This document shows positions 48,953 to 56,459 of a stretch of 56,459 nucleotides of DNA, piece by piece. This stretch comes from a virus (lineage: Duplodnaviria; Caudoviricetes). Location of the stretch: the IMG/VR virus record IMGVR_UViG_3300044617_001663, positions 1-56,459 of that record; one strand, 5' to 3'. The notes under the pieces were generated by a model that did not search any database, was not told where the DNA came from, and was given only the letters and a program-made list of their open reading frames with translations. Position 1 is the stretch's first letter. Every line of letters begins with the position of its first letter. The translations under genes were made by a program, and so were the position numbers.

Positions 48953-49396
48953 ATGAGCGACGAAAAGATAGATCAAAAAAAGCAAAATTTAGTAAACAAG
49001 GCAGTTTCTTTTGGAAGAGCTATCGCTTCTAAAGGTATTACAAATAAAAAAGCAGAGTCTAAAACTCTTGAACTCAGAAAAATGAGTTGCCATGGAGATT
49101 CAACTAAAAATCTACCTCCATGCTCTGAAAGAAAAGATAGTGAGAAATTTCCGGGTTCTTTCTATTGCGGGGCATGTGGATGTGGAGATAAAGCACACAC
49201 ACAACTTGTAAATGGTAAAAATCCAGATGGTTCTGAAAAATATTCAAAACTTGATTATCCAAAAGTAACTTGTCCTTTGAAAATGCCAGGATTTGTTAAT
49301 TATGTTGAATCACAGACAGGAGTATCAGAAAATCCAAGAAAATTGTTTATTGAGATGACTATAGGCGTAAGTGAAATTAAAGAAAATTCTAAATGA
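48953..49396 (+). CDS. Small Cys-motif (probable metal-binding) protein
   Basis: R..SC-x10-C...CGACGC...K......CPL, resembling DUF6171-type cysteine patterns. Confidence 0.5.
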   Translation: MSDEKIDQKKQNLVNKAVSFGRAIASKGITNKKAESKTLELRKMSCHGDSTKNLPPCSERKDSEKFPGSFYCGACGCGDKAHTQLVNGKNPDGSEKYSKLDYPKVTCPLKMPGFVNYVESQTGVSENPRKLFIEMTIGVSEIKENSK

Positions 49397-50094
49397 GAAA
49401 TATTATGACAAATACAACTATGAAAATTACAAAAAGAACATTCGATATCCTAAAGAACTTTTCAACTATTAATTCAAATATTTTGATAGAGCCCGGTAAT
49501 AGAATTACAACAATCTCTGCAACTAAAAGTATTCTTGTGGAGGCGGAAATTGATGAGGAGTTTGAAACTCGTTTCGGTATTTGGGATTTAAATAAGTTTC
49601 TTGGTACTATTTCTTTATTTACTGATCCAGAGTTTGAGTTTTCAGATAAGTTTGTTACAATTTTTGGCTCAAACAATTCATCTGTGAAGTATTTTTATTC
49701 TGAGCCAAAATTGCTGACTACATCAGCAAAAAAGATCAACATGCCAGAAGTTGCATTTTCATTCAACATTACAGGAAAACAAATTTCTGAAATGTACAAG
49801 GCAGCATCAGTCCTACAACTACCGGATGTCTGCATTCGTTCTGTTGACGGAAAGATCATGCTTGTTGCAGAGGATAAGACAGACTCAACTTCAAACAATT
49901 TCTGCATTGATGTGAATGAAGAAACAAATTCAGAATTTGAAATGTACTTGAAGATGGAGAATCTTAAGTTGTATCCTGGCGATTATAAAGTCGATGTTTG
50001 TCAGAAAGTCGTATCCAGATTCACAAATACATCTTCCTCCAAGGATTTTGTATACTGGATTGCCCTAGAGAGCGATTCTACTTATAAGGCTTGA
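49393..50094 (+). CDS. gp45: Sliding clamp gp45
   Basis: T..ILKNFSTINSNILI..G; FGIWDLNKFL; KAASVLQLPD; ENLKL.PGDY; YWIALE.DS. The true start may be a downstream ATG. Confidence 0.95.
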   Translation: MRNIMTNTTMKITKRTFDILKNFSTINSNILIEPGNRITTISATKSILVEAEIDEEFETRFGIWDLNKFLGTISLFTDPEFEFSDKFVTIFGSNNSSVKYFYSEPKLLTTSAKKINMPEVAFSFNITGKQISEMYKAASVLQLPDVCIRSVDGKIMLVAEDKTDSTSNNFCIDVNEETNSEFEMYLKMENLKLYPGDYKVDVCQKVVSRFTNTSSSKDFVYWIALESDSTYKA

Positions 50095-50096
50095 AT

Positions 50097-51050
50097 ATGT
50101 TAAAAACAACAGGTTATCTTTGGACTGAGAAATATCGTCCGAAGACGGTTGAAGAATGTGTTCTTCCTAATAATATTAAGAAGACATTTCTTGAGATTGT
50201 AGCATCCAATAATCTACCAAATCTTCTACTTTCTGGTCCTCCGGGATGCGGAAAGACAAGTGTAGCAAAAGCACTTTGTGAAGATATGGGCTGCGATTAC
50301 ATGATGATCAATTGCTCTGAAGATGGAAATATTGACACTCTTCGTACAAAAATTCGTAATTTTGCAAGTAGTATTTCTTTATCAGGTGGATTAAAAGTAG
50401 TTATTCTTGATGAGTTTGATTACTCCAACCCACAAAGTATGCAGCCTGCATTAAGAGGATTTATGGAGGAATTTGCTAATAATTGCAGATTCATACTTAC
50501 TTGTAATTATGAAAACAAGGTTATTGATCCTTTGCATTCTAGATGCACAAAAATTAACTTTAGATTCAATAATGCAGAAAAGTCAGAGATGTGTAAGGCA
50601 TTTTATGATCGACTTTGCGATCATATATTGCCAAGTGAAGAAATTGAATGCAAGAAGACCATTTTGATGAGATTGTTTCCGATTTACGGGACAGACTTTA
50701 GGGCATTACTCAATTATCTCCAAAAATATTCAATTACGAGTAATGGCTTTATAGATGATGGAATTCTTGCAGGAAAGAATGACGTTGATTCTGATTCTTT
50801 AATTTCAGCAATGAAAAGTAAAAACTTTGCGGATGTTAGAAAATGGGTATTTAATAACCTTGAAAACGATCAATCACACGTATTCAAAAGTATTTACAAT
50901 ATATTAATTCGTAATCTAACCCCGAATAGTATTCCACAAGCAGTCGTAATAATTGCAGACTATCAATATAAATCTGCATTTGTTGCTGATCAGGAAATCA
51001 ATCTTGTTGCTTGTATAGTTCAACTGATGGTTGAGTGTGAATTTGTATGA
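50097..51050 (+). CDS. gp44: Clamp loader ATPase gp44
   Basis: LW.EKYRP; GPPGCGKT; ILDEFD; LHSRC; YQYKSAFVADQEIN. Confidence 0.96.
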   Translation: MLKTTGYLWTEKYRPKTVEECVLPNNIKKTFLEIVASNNLPNLLLSGPPGCGKTSVAKALCEDMGCDYMMINCSEDGNIDTLRTKIRNFASSISLSGGLKVVILDEFDYSNPQSMQPALRGFMEEFANNCRFILTCNYENKVIDPLHSRCTKINFRFNNAEKSEMCKAFYDRLCDHILPSEEIECKKTILMRLFPIYGTDFRALLNYLQKYSITSNGFIDDGILAGKNDVDSDSLISAMKSKNFADVRKWVFNNLENDQSHVFKSIYNILIRNLTPNSIPQAVVIIADYQYKSAFVADQEINLVACIVQLMVECEFV

Positions 51051-51433
51051 ATGTATTTGATATTGTAAATTCTTTGTCATCAACTAAAAAGTTGACATTT
51101 GAAGAGAACGATCCAGAAATGGAGAAAGAATATCATTCATTTTTAGTTAATAAAGCATTTTCATATTATCCGGATACTATTATGCATTCAAATGAAATGA
51201 ATCTTCGACCATTCATTTCAAAACGAATGCAGCATAATTACTATCATAATTCTTTGCGTTCTCGTAAAAGATACACAAAGTGGCTAAAAAAGACTAAAAA
51301 TGAAGATATTGAACTAATTCAAAAATATTTTAATTTTTCTAAAAAGAAAGCCATTGAAGCCTTGAAAATTCTATCGGACAAGGATATTTCCTGTATTCGG
51401 GAGGAGATGTCTGAGGGGGGTGCTCAAACATAA
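51047..51433 (+). CDS. gp62: Clamp loader small subunit gp62
   Basis: Y..FLVNKAFSYYPDTIM..NEMN; R.RKRY.KW.K; Y...S.KKA.EAL.IL; ends GG. Confidence 0.92.
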   Translation: MNVFDIVNSLSSTKKLTFEENDPEMEKEYHSFLVNKAFSYYPDTIMHSNEMNLRPFISKRMQHNYYHNSLRSRKRYTKWLKKTKNEDIELIQKYFNFSKKKAIEALKILSDKDISCIREEMSEGGAQT

Positions 51434-51439
51434 TATTTT

Positions 51440-51447
51440 TATAAATA
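51440..51447 (+). promoter_or_regulatory. Late promoter TATAAATA upstream of regA
   Basis: Exact consensus in the gp62-regA gap. Confidence 0.65.
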
Positions 51448-51467
51448 TAGTATAGTAACTATATTAT

Positions 51468-51890
51468 ATGGAAAATATTATGGAAAAGCAAAAAATAACC
51501 GTAGATGACCTTTTAGAGGTCAGTTTAAATAAATCAGATGACTTCTTAAAAATAAAAGAAACACTAACAAGAATCGGTGTATCTTCCAAAAAAGAAAAAA
51601 AGTTATATCAATCCTGTCACATACTCCATAAAAAGGGTAAATATTATATTGTTCATTTTAAAGAATTATTTTCTTTAGATGGACTTCCATCAGATATTGA
51701 TGAAAATGATATAGGCAGAAGAAATAGTATAACAAAATTACTAGAGGACTGGGGATTACTAAAAATAGTAAATCCTGATAAAGCCAACTCTCTGATGGTT
51801 CCTATAAACCAATTTAAAATACTTTCTCATAAAGAAAAAACTGAGTGGGAATTATGTCCTAAATATCATATAGGAAAAAAGAGGATTTAA
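51468..51890 (+). CDS. regA: Translational repressor RegA
   Basis: DDFLKIKETLTRIGV.S.KEKKLYQSCHILHKKGKYYIVHFKELF.LDG; W.L.PKY.IG. Confidence 0.97.
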   Translation: MENIMEKQKITVDDLLEVSLNKSDDFLKIKETLTRIGVSSKKEKKLYQSCHILHKKGKYYIVHFKELFSLDGLPSDIDENDIGRRNSITKLLEDWGLLKIVNPDKANSLMVPINQFKILSHKEKTEWELCPKYHIGKKRI

Positions 51891-51891
51891 T

Positions 51892-52305
51892 ATGGCAGCA
51901 GGATCATATGATATTTTTGCAGAAAGAGGAGAGTCATTTTCTCTAGAATTTGAATATTTAGATGTAAATATGAATTCTATAGATTTGTCTGATTATATTA
52001 TTCAATTTAAAGTAAAAAGTACTTCTACTACTACAGATGAATATATTTTTGAAGTTTATTCTGAACTAGGAATAACAGTAGAAGGAACTTTAGATATTTT
52101 AAGTACAGATAAAACCGAATATGGATCTATTGAAATATTAGATGATACTGATTCTGTCGGTAAATTTGTAGTAAAAATAGATTCGGAAACAATGCAAGCA
52201 TTAAAACGAGGTTATTACTTTTATAATATTCGTTTAATAGGAGATGATAATAGTATAACTTCTATTCTAAAAGGACGTTTTGTAGTTCAATCTGAAGTCG
52301 ATTAA
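51892..52305 (+). CDS. Beta-sandwich adapter-like virion protein (paralog of 31521..32027)
   Basis: MAAGSYDIFAERGESF...IDLSDY...G.YFYNI...ILKGRFVV. Confidence 0.55.
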   Translation: MAAGSYDIFAERGESFSLEFEYLDVNMNSIDLSDYIIQFKVKSTSTTTDEYIFEVYSELGITVEGTLDILSTDKTEYGSIEILDDTDSVGKFVVKIDSETMQALKRGYYFYNIRLIGDDNSITSILKGRFVVQSEVD

Positions 52306-52316
52306 TTGGATTAAAA

Positions 52317-54455
52317 ATGCCATTACCAACTCCACCACCCCCTGCACAATCTTCTGAGGATTATGAAATTTGGGCATTTGCTTTCTTTGGCACAGTGCCT
52401 GGATTGAATATGTTCAGCCAAAATGTTAGTTCTCAATATAGATGGGGAACAACAGATTATGAATATAATGCAATAGTACCAACTGTAAGAATTTACTCTT
52501 TAGATACTTCATATAATGGTCATCGACTTCCCGGAATTTCAGATTCTGGTACAGATACTTACTTTGATTTTGATTTTTTTAAAGAAAAAATTCAAACTAT
52601 ACCAGAGTCGAGAAGAGCAGTTGATGGTTATTATTGGTGGCCTGATGTTTCAATTTATTCAAAAGCACATGAAAATTATTATAAGAATACATCAGATGGT
52701 ATGACTTATGATGGAGATGTATTATTATCTCCATGGCTAGAAACAAATGCAGAAGATACTGCAAATTCTTTAAAAGCATTTTTAGATAGATGTGTAGAAG
52801 AAAATATAACTTTTAGTTACTTTATAGATGATAAAGAAGCTAATGATTATTTTTGGTTAAATGGAAGAAATTCTTTTAATTACAACTGGCTTCCGGATTC
52901 AAATGGCGATGGATATCCAGAAGATCCAAGACCTAATGTTCCATACGCAGAAAAAATGTCTGATGCTAGAGTTATATCTGCTATAGTAACAGATCCAAGA
53001 TTTACAAGTTATGTGAATCCTAGCAGTGGATTAAGTTTATCTGATCAATTTATTGAAAACTATAAAGCAATAACAAATAATCCAGGAGAAACAAGAACTG
53101 CTCAACAAATTCTTGCTCCGTTTATAAACATCACAGATCCAATGGATTATGTTGATCAGAATTCTATTTGGAGGCCATGGGGATGTGCTGGCGGCTGTGG
53201 TCCTGAAGGAAATGATGTAATTCAAAATGGATATGATATATGGCATAATGTAATACCAGCATGGAATTGTGCTGTAGATGATTTACATTTTAATGATTTT
53301 TTGAATAAATCATATGTTCAAGTTTTTAATGAATATCCAGAATTTGAAGACGTTGTGTATTGTCAATACAATGTAGATCCAACAGATCATGAAGAATCGT
53401 TCTATTTTCAGGGAAGTAATTTACAGAGATATTTTCAAAATCCAATAGAGGATACACATACAGGATCTGCTATTTATTACTCAGGCTTCAATAATGTTAT
53501 ATTTGAAGGTGGCAATTATCCTCCTAGCTCAGGATTTTCATCTTCATTTAGTATTAGAAGTGGATATGTTATCAGTCCTGTAAACGATGAAGAAGCATAC
53601 AATTGGTCGGGATATTACACTACTCAATATAAAGGACCAGCAGGCAATTCAAAATTAGTTCGTTATCCAGAAACCAATCCTTATCAAAACGGAATTTATT
53701 CTAATTATTACGCTTCAAAATTTTATGATGAATTATGTTTTAAATTTTTAGTGAATAGCGTTAAAAGAACAAGAACTGCTTTAAGAAGTGATACAAATTT
53801 GTGGCAAAGATTTACTCCTTGGATTGCTCCTCCAAGTTATCCAGGAGCACCATTCCTGAGAAGTGATAATGGAATTGCATATTGGTATGAAATGATTTAT
53901 CACTTATGTTTGGGTGGGACAAGATTTTTTCATCTGTTTGATTCTACATATAATGTAACATATTGTTCTCATGTTCAACGAGTATTGGATGAATGGAGAA
54001 GAATAAGTGGAAATCATAAAACAAGACCATGTTCATCTTTAACTGGTAATTTCGGAAAAGTTGATAGAATTGTTCTGTGGGAAGCATTTGAAAAATTATT
54101 AATAAGTGGTGGACAATTACAAGGTAATGGAACTTATTTGTGGAGACTCACTCCAGCACCAAAATATTTTAATAAGAAAGGAGTTTGTTTATTAAAAAGA
54201 GTTGGAAATGATTCAGACCTTCCAGAGTTTATAAGAATAGATTCTTCAAGTCTTGAAAATTCAAGAGGAGTTTGGATTTATAGACAAGTTCAAACTCCAC
54301 CATCATATGTTCCAATTACTACTGAAAGTCTTACTAGAAGTAATAAGAATGACATAGTAAAAGTTTTTCAACCAGTTGAAAATTTTGTTTATAAAAAAGA
54401 AAACAAAGTTATTATTCAACAAATGTCACCTAATAAATTATTAGTGAGATTGTGA
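52317..54455 (+). CDS. Large aromatic-rich hypothetical protein, possible glycan-binding/degrading virion protein
   Basis: 712 aa rich in W/Y/D/N; between the adapter and collagen-fibre genes; no family recognised. Confidence 0.4.
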   Translation: MPLPTPPPPAQSSEDYEIWAFAFFGTVPGLNMFSQNVSSQYRWGTTDYEYNAIVPTVRIYSLDTSYNGHRLPGISDSGTDTYFDFDFFKEKIQTIPESRRAVDGYYWWPDVSIYSKAHENYYKNTSDGMTYDGDVLLSPWLETNAEDTANSLKAFLDRCVEENITFSYFIDDKEANDYFWLNGRNSFNYNWLPDSNGDGYPEDPRPNVPYAEKMSDARVISAIVTDPRFTSYVNPSSGLSLSDQFIENYKAITNNPGETRTAQQILAPFINITDPMDYVDQNSIWRPWGCAGGCGPEGNDVIQNGYDIWHNVIPAWNCAVDDLHFNDFLNKSYVQVFNEYPEFEDVVYCQYNVDPTDHEESFYFQGSNLQRYFQNPIEDTHTGSAIYYSGFNNVIFEGGNYPPSSGFSSSFSIRSGYVISPVNDEEAYNWSGYYTTQYKGPAGNSKLVRYPETNPYQNGIYSNYYASKFYDELCFKFLVNSVKRTRTALRSDTNLWQRFTPWIAPPSYPGAPFLRSDNGIAYWYEMIYHLCLGGTRFFHLFDSTYNVTYCSHVQRVLDEWRRISGNHKTRPCSSLTGNFGKVDRIVLWEAFEKLLISGGQLQGNGTYLWRLTPAPKYFNKKGVCLLKRVGNDSDLPEFIRIDSSSLENSRGVWIYRQVQTPPSYVPITTESLTRSNKNDIVKVFQPVENFVYKKENKVIIQQMSPNKLLVRL

Positions 54456-56459
54456 TGCGAGATACACCTCATAATTATGATGATAGATGGAAAAGAGGCG
54501 AACGACTGAGTACGGTTGTTCCCAGAATAGGAAATGGTCCTCCACAAAAAGGACAACTCCAAACAAATGAAATTGGAGTTGACATTAAGAATAAAAGCAT
54601 TTATATTGGTGGAAAAGATGGTGTTCCAATATTAATTGGTTTGGGTGCTTCTGGTGCATCAGGATCAACAACTTTGCCTGTTGTTGGTCCTGGAGGAATA
54701 AAATTTACAGCAGATATTACACCACCCACAATAAACAATAATGACGGAGACTTGTGGTTAGATACGAATAGTGGTATTTTGTATTTGTATCTTATAGAAC
54801 TTGACACTGTTGGATTTGTTGATAGTGAGCAGTGGGTACAAATTATGGGAGTTGGTCCACAAGGAGAAAAGGGATCAAATGGGGCAACTGGAGCGACTGG
54901 TCCTACGGGTGCAACAGGACCATCAGGTGGACCTATTGGTGCCACAGGTGCAACAGGATTAGGTGCTACTGGGTCTACTGGTGTCAGAGGTTCAACAGGA
55001 GCAACCGGTGCAACAGGTATACAAGGAAGTACAGGAGCCACGGGAACTAAAGGAGCACAAGGATCTCAAGGAACTACAGGAGCAACAGGATTAACTGGAA
55101 ATCAAGGCGCTACTGGCGCAACAGGATCTCAAGGTGTTCAAGGAACCACAGGTGCCACTGGTTCTCAGGGTGTTCAAGGAACAACAGGTGCTACAGGATC
55201 TCAAGGTGTTCAAGGAACCACAGGTGCCACTGGTTCTCAGGGTGTTCAAGGAACAACAGGTGCTACCGGTGCAACTGGTCCAACAGGAGCAACAGGTCCA
55301 GAAGGAATTCCGGGTATTGGTTCTCCGGGACCCATAGGTGCAACTGGTGCAACGGGAACTACAGGTGCAACAGGTCTTCAAGGAACCACAGGTGCTACAG
55401 GATCTCAAGGTGTTCAAGGAACAACAGGTGCTACCGGTGCAACTGGTCCAACAGGAGCAACAGGTCCAGAAGGAATTCCGGGTATTGGTTCTCCCGGACC
55501 CATAGGTGCAACTGGTGCAACTGGTGTTCGTGGAACTACTGGTGCAACAGGTGCAACGGGAACTACAGGTGCTACTGGTCTTCAAGGAACCACAGGTGCT
55601 ACAGGATCTCAAGGTCTTCAAGGAACCACAGGTGCTACAGGTTCTCAGGGTGTTCAAGGAACCACAGGTGCTACAGGATCTCAAGGTGTTCAAGGAACCA
55701 CAGGTGCTACAGGATCTCAAGGTGTTCAAGGAACAACAGGTGCTACTGGTATTCAAGGAACCACTGGTGCTACTGGCATTCAAGGTAAATTAGGTGGTCC
55801 AAAATATCAATTTACAACAAGTTTATTTGGTAATGGTAATTTCACATATAACAATAGCAGTCCTTCAACCACAACAACAATTACCGTCTCTTATCAAACT
55901 ATAGATTTAATTGATATATCAACTTATTTAAATACTTGGGATGACTCAAATTCAACAATAAAGGGATATTTAACTGTTTTAAATTCTTCTAGTACTTCTA
56001 GTTTTGTTAATATATTTGCTATAACAGCATTATCTGACGATTCAATAAATAGTTATGTAGATTTAACAGTAAGTCATATTTCTGGTAATACACAGCCAAC
56101 TAATAGTTCTGAATATGTTTTATTATTTAGTAGAACTGGAGATAGGGGATCTACCGGTGCTACAGGATCTCAAGGTGTTCAAGGAACAACTGGTGCCACT
56201 GGTTCTCAGGGTGTTCAAGGAACAACAGGTGCTACCGGTGCAACTGGTCCAACAGGAGCAACAGGTCCAGAAGGAATTCCGGGTATCGGTTCTCCGGGAC
56301 CAATAGGTGCAACAGGTGCAACGGGAACTACAGGTGCTACTGGTCTACAAGGAACTACAGGTGCTACTGGTCTACAAGGAACAACTGGTGCCACTGGTTC
56401 TCAGGGTGTTCAAGGAACCACAGGTGCCACTGGTTCTCAGGGTGTTCAAGGAACAACAG
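54455..56459 (+). CDS. Collagen-like fibre protein (3' truncated, not in the supplied ORF track)
   Basis: ATG overlaps the previous [23 protein letters not shown]...P..GQL..NEIGVD.....IYIG...GDLWLDT.SG.LY.Y...QWVQ, then G-X-Y repeats to the window end. Confidence 0.9.
   Translation, partial: MRDTPHNYDDRWKRGERLSTVVPRIGNGPPQKGQLQTNEIGVDIKNKSIYIGGKDGVPILIGLGASGASGSTTLPVVGPGGIKFTADITPPTINNNDGDLWLDTNSGILYLYLIELDTVGFVDSEQWVQIMGVGPQGEKGSNGATGATGPTGATGPSGGPIGATGATGLGATGSTGVRGSTGATGATGIQGSTGATGTKGAQGSQGTTGATGLTGNQGATGATGSQGVQGTTGATGSQGVQGTTGATGSQGVQGTTGATGSQGVQGTTGATGATGPTGATGPEGIPGIGSPGPIGATGATGTTGATGLQGTTGATGSQGVQGTTGATGATGPTGATGPEGIPGIGSPGPIGATGATGVRGTTGATGATGTTGATGLQGTTGATGSQGLQGTTGATGSQGVQGTTGATGSQGVQGTTGATGSQGVQGTTGATGIQGTTGATGIQGKLGGPKYQFTTSLFGNGNFTYNNSSPSTTTTITVSYQTIDLIDISTYLNTWDDSNSTIKGYLTVLNSSSTSSFVNIFAITALSDDSINSYVDLTVSHISGNTQPTNSSEYVLLFSRTGDRGSTGATGSQGVQGTTGATGSQGVQGTTGATGATGPTGATGPEGIPGIGSPGPIGATGATGTTGATGLQGTTGATGLQGTTGATGSQGVQGTTGATGSQGVQGTT
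54854..55792 (+). repeat. Collagen G-X-Y repeat tract 1
   Basis: 36-nt units such as ggaaccacaggtgctacaggatctcaaggtgttcaa ([12 protein letters not shown]) and GAT triplets. Confidence 0.9.
56138..56459 (+). repeat. Collagen G-X-Y repeat tract 2
   Basis: Same DNA units as tract 1, after a ~115-aa globular insert. Confidence 0.9.

Noticed and set aside
2327-53246. Numerous short minus-strand and nested ORFs in the ORF track
   Set aside because: All overlap well-supported plus-strand genes and show no recognisable motifs.
55100-55790. 36-nt direct repeats resembling a CRISPR array
   Set aside because: Repeats are contiguous, in frame, lack unique spacers, and no cas gene is present.
54601-56306. 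Repetitive ORFs in other frames (Cys/Ser/Thr-rich minus-strand ORF; 'VFKEPQV' ORFs)
   Set aside because: Shadow frames of the collagen G-X-Y coding repeats.
1-56459. Stop-codon recoding as the cause of split genes
   Set aside because: Core genes are full length in the standard code; both splits are at TAA with a frame change.
1-56459. tRNA or rRNA genes
   Set aside because: Intergenic gaps are short (largest ~145 nt) and none shows a cloverleaf or T-loop motif.
1-56459. Host assignment (e.g. Planctomycetota, suggested by Cys-rich proteins)
   Set aside because: Only a compositional impression; no host-derived marker gene was recognised in the window.

Overview
An AT-rich, gene-dense, single-strand (+) segment of a T4-like myovirus genome. 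It contains the virion morphogenesis cluster (baseplate hub, split gp5, gp25, gp6, gp7-like, gp8, a 2525-aa VrlC-like protein, fibre, gp13-gp23, gp3), then uvsY, uvsW, gp55, gp47, gp46, RNase H, gp45/44/62 and regA, and ends in a second structural module with a collagen-like fibre truncated by the window edge. All calls come from motif recognition and synteny; no database search was run. Main unusual observations: (1) gp5 is split into two genes near where T4 gp5 is proteolytically cut, with no recognisable lysozyme domain or adjacent PAAR gene, and has a ~300-aa extension with eleven 11-residue Gly-rich amphipathic repeats. (2) The spike and the tail tube end in the same hydrophobic beta-hairpin-like pattern, suggesting a possible membrane-penetration device. 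(3) At least five genes have their promoter inside a hairpin that hides the ribosome-binding site. (4) Two paralogous adapter genes each precede a large cargo gene, and two large late-region proteins are very cysteine-rich. (5) A strong sigma70-type promoter points antisense from upstream of gp55.
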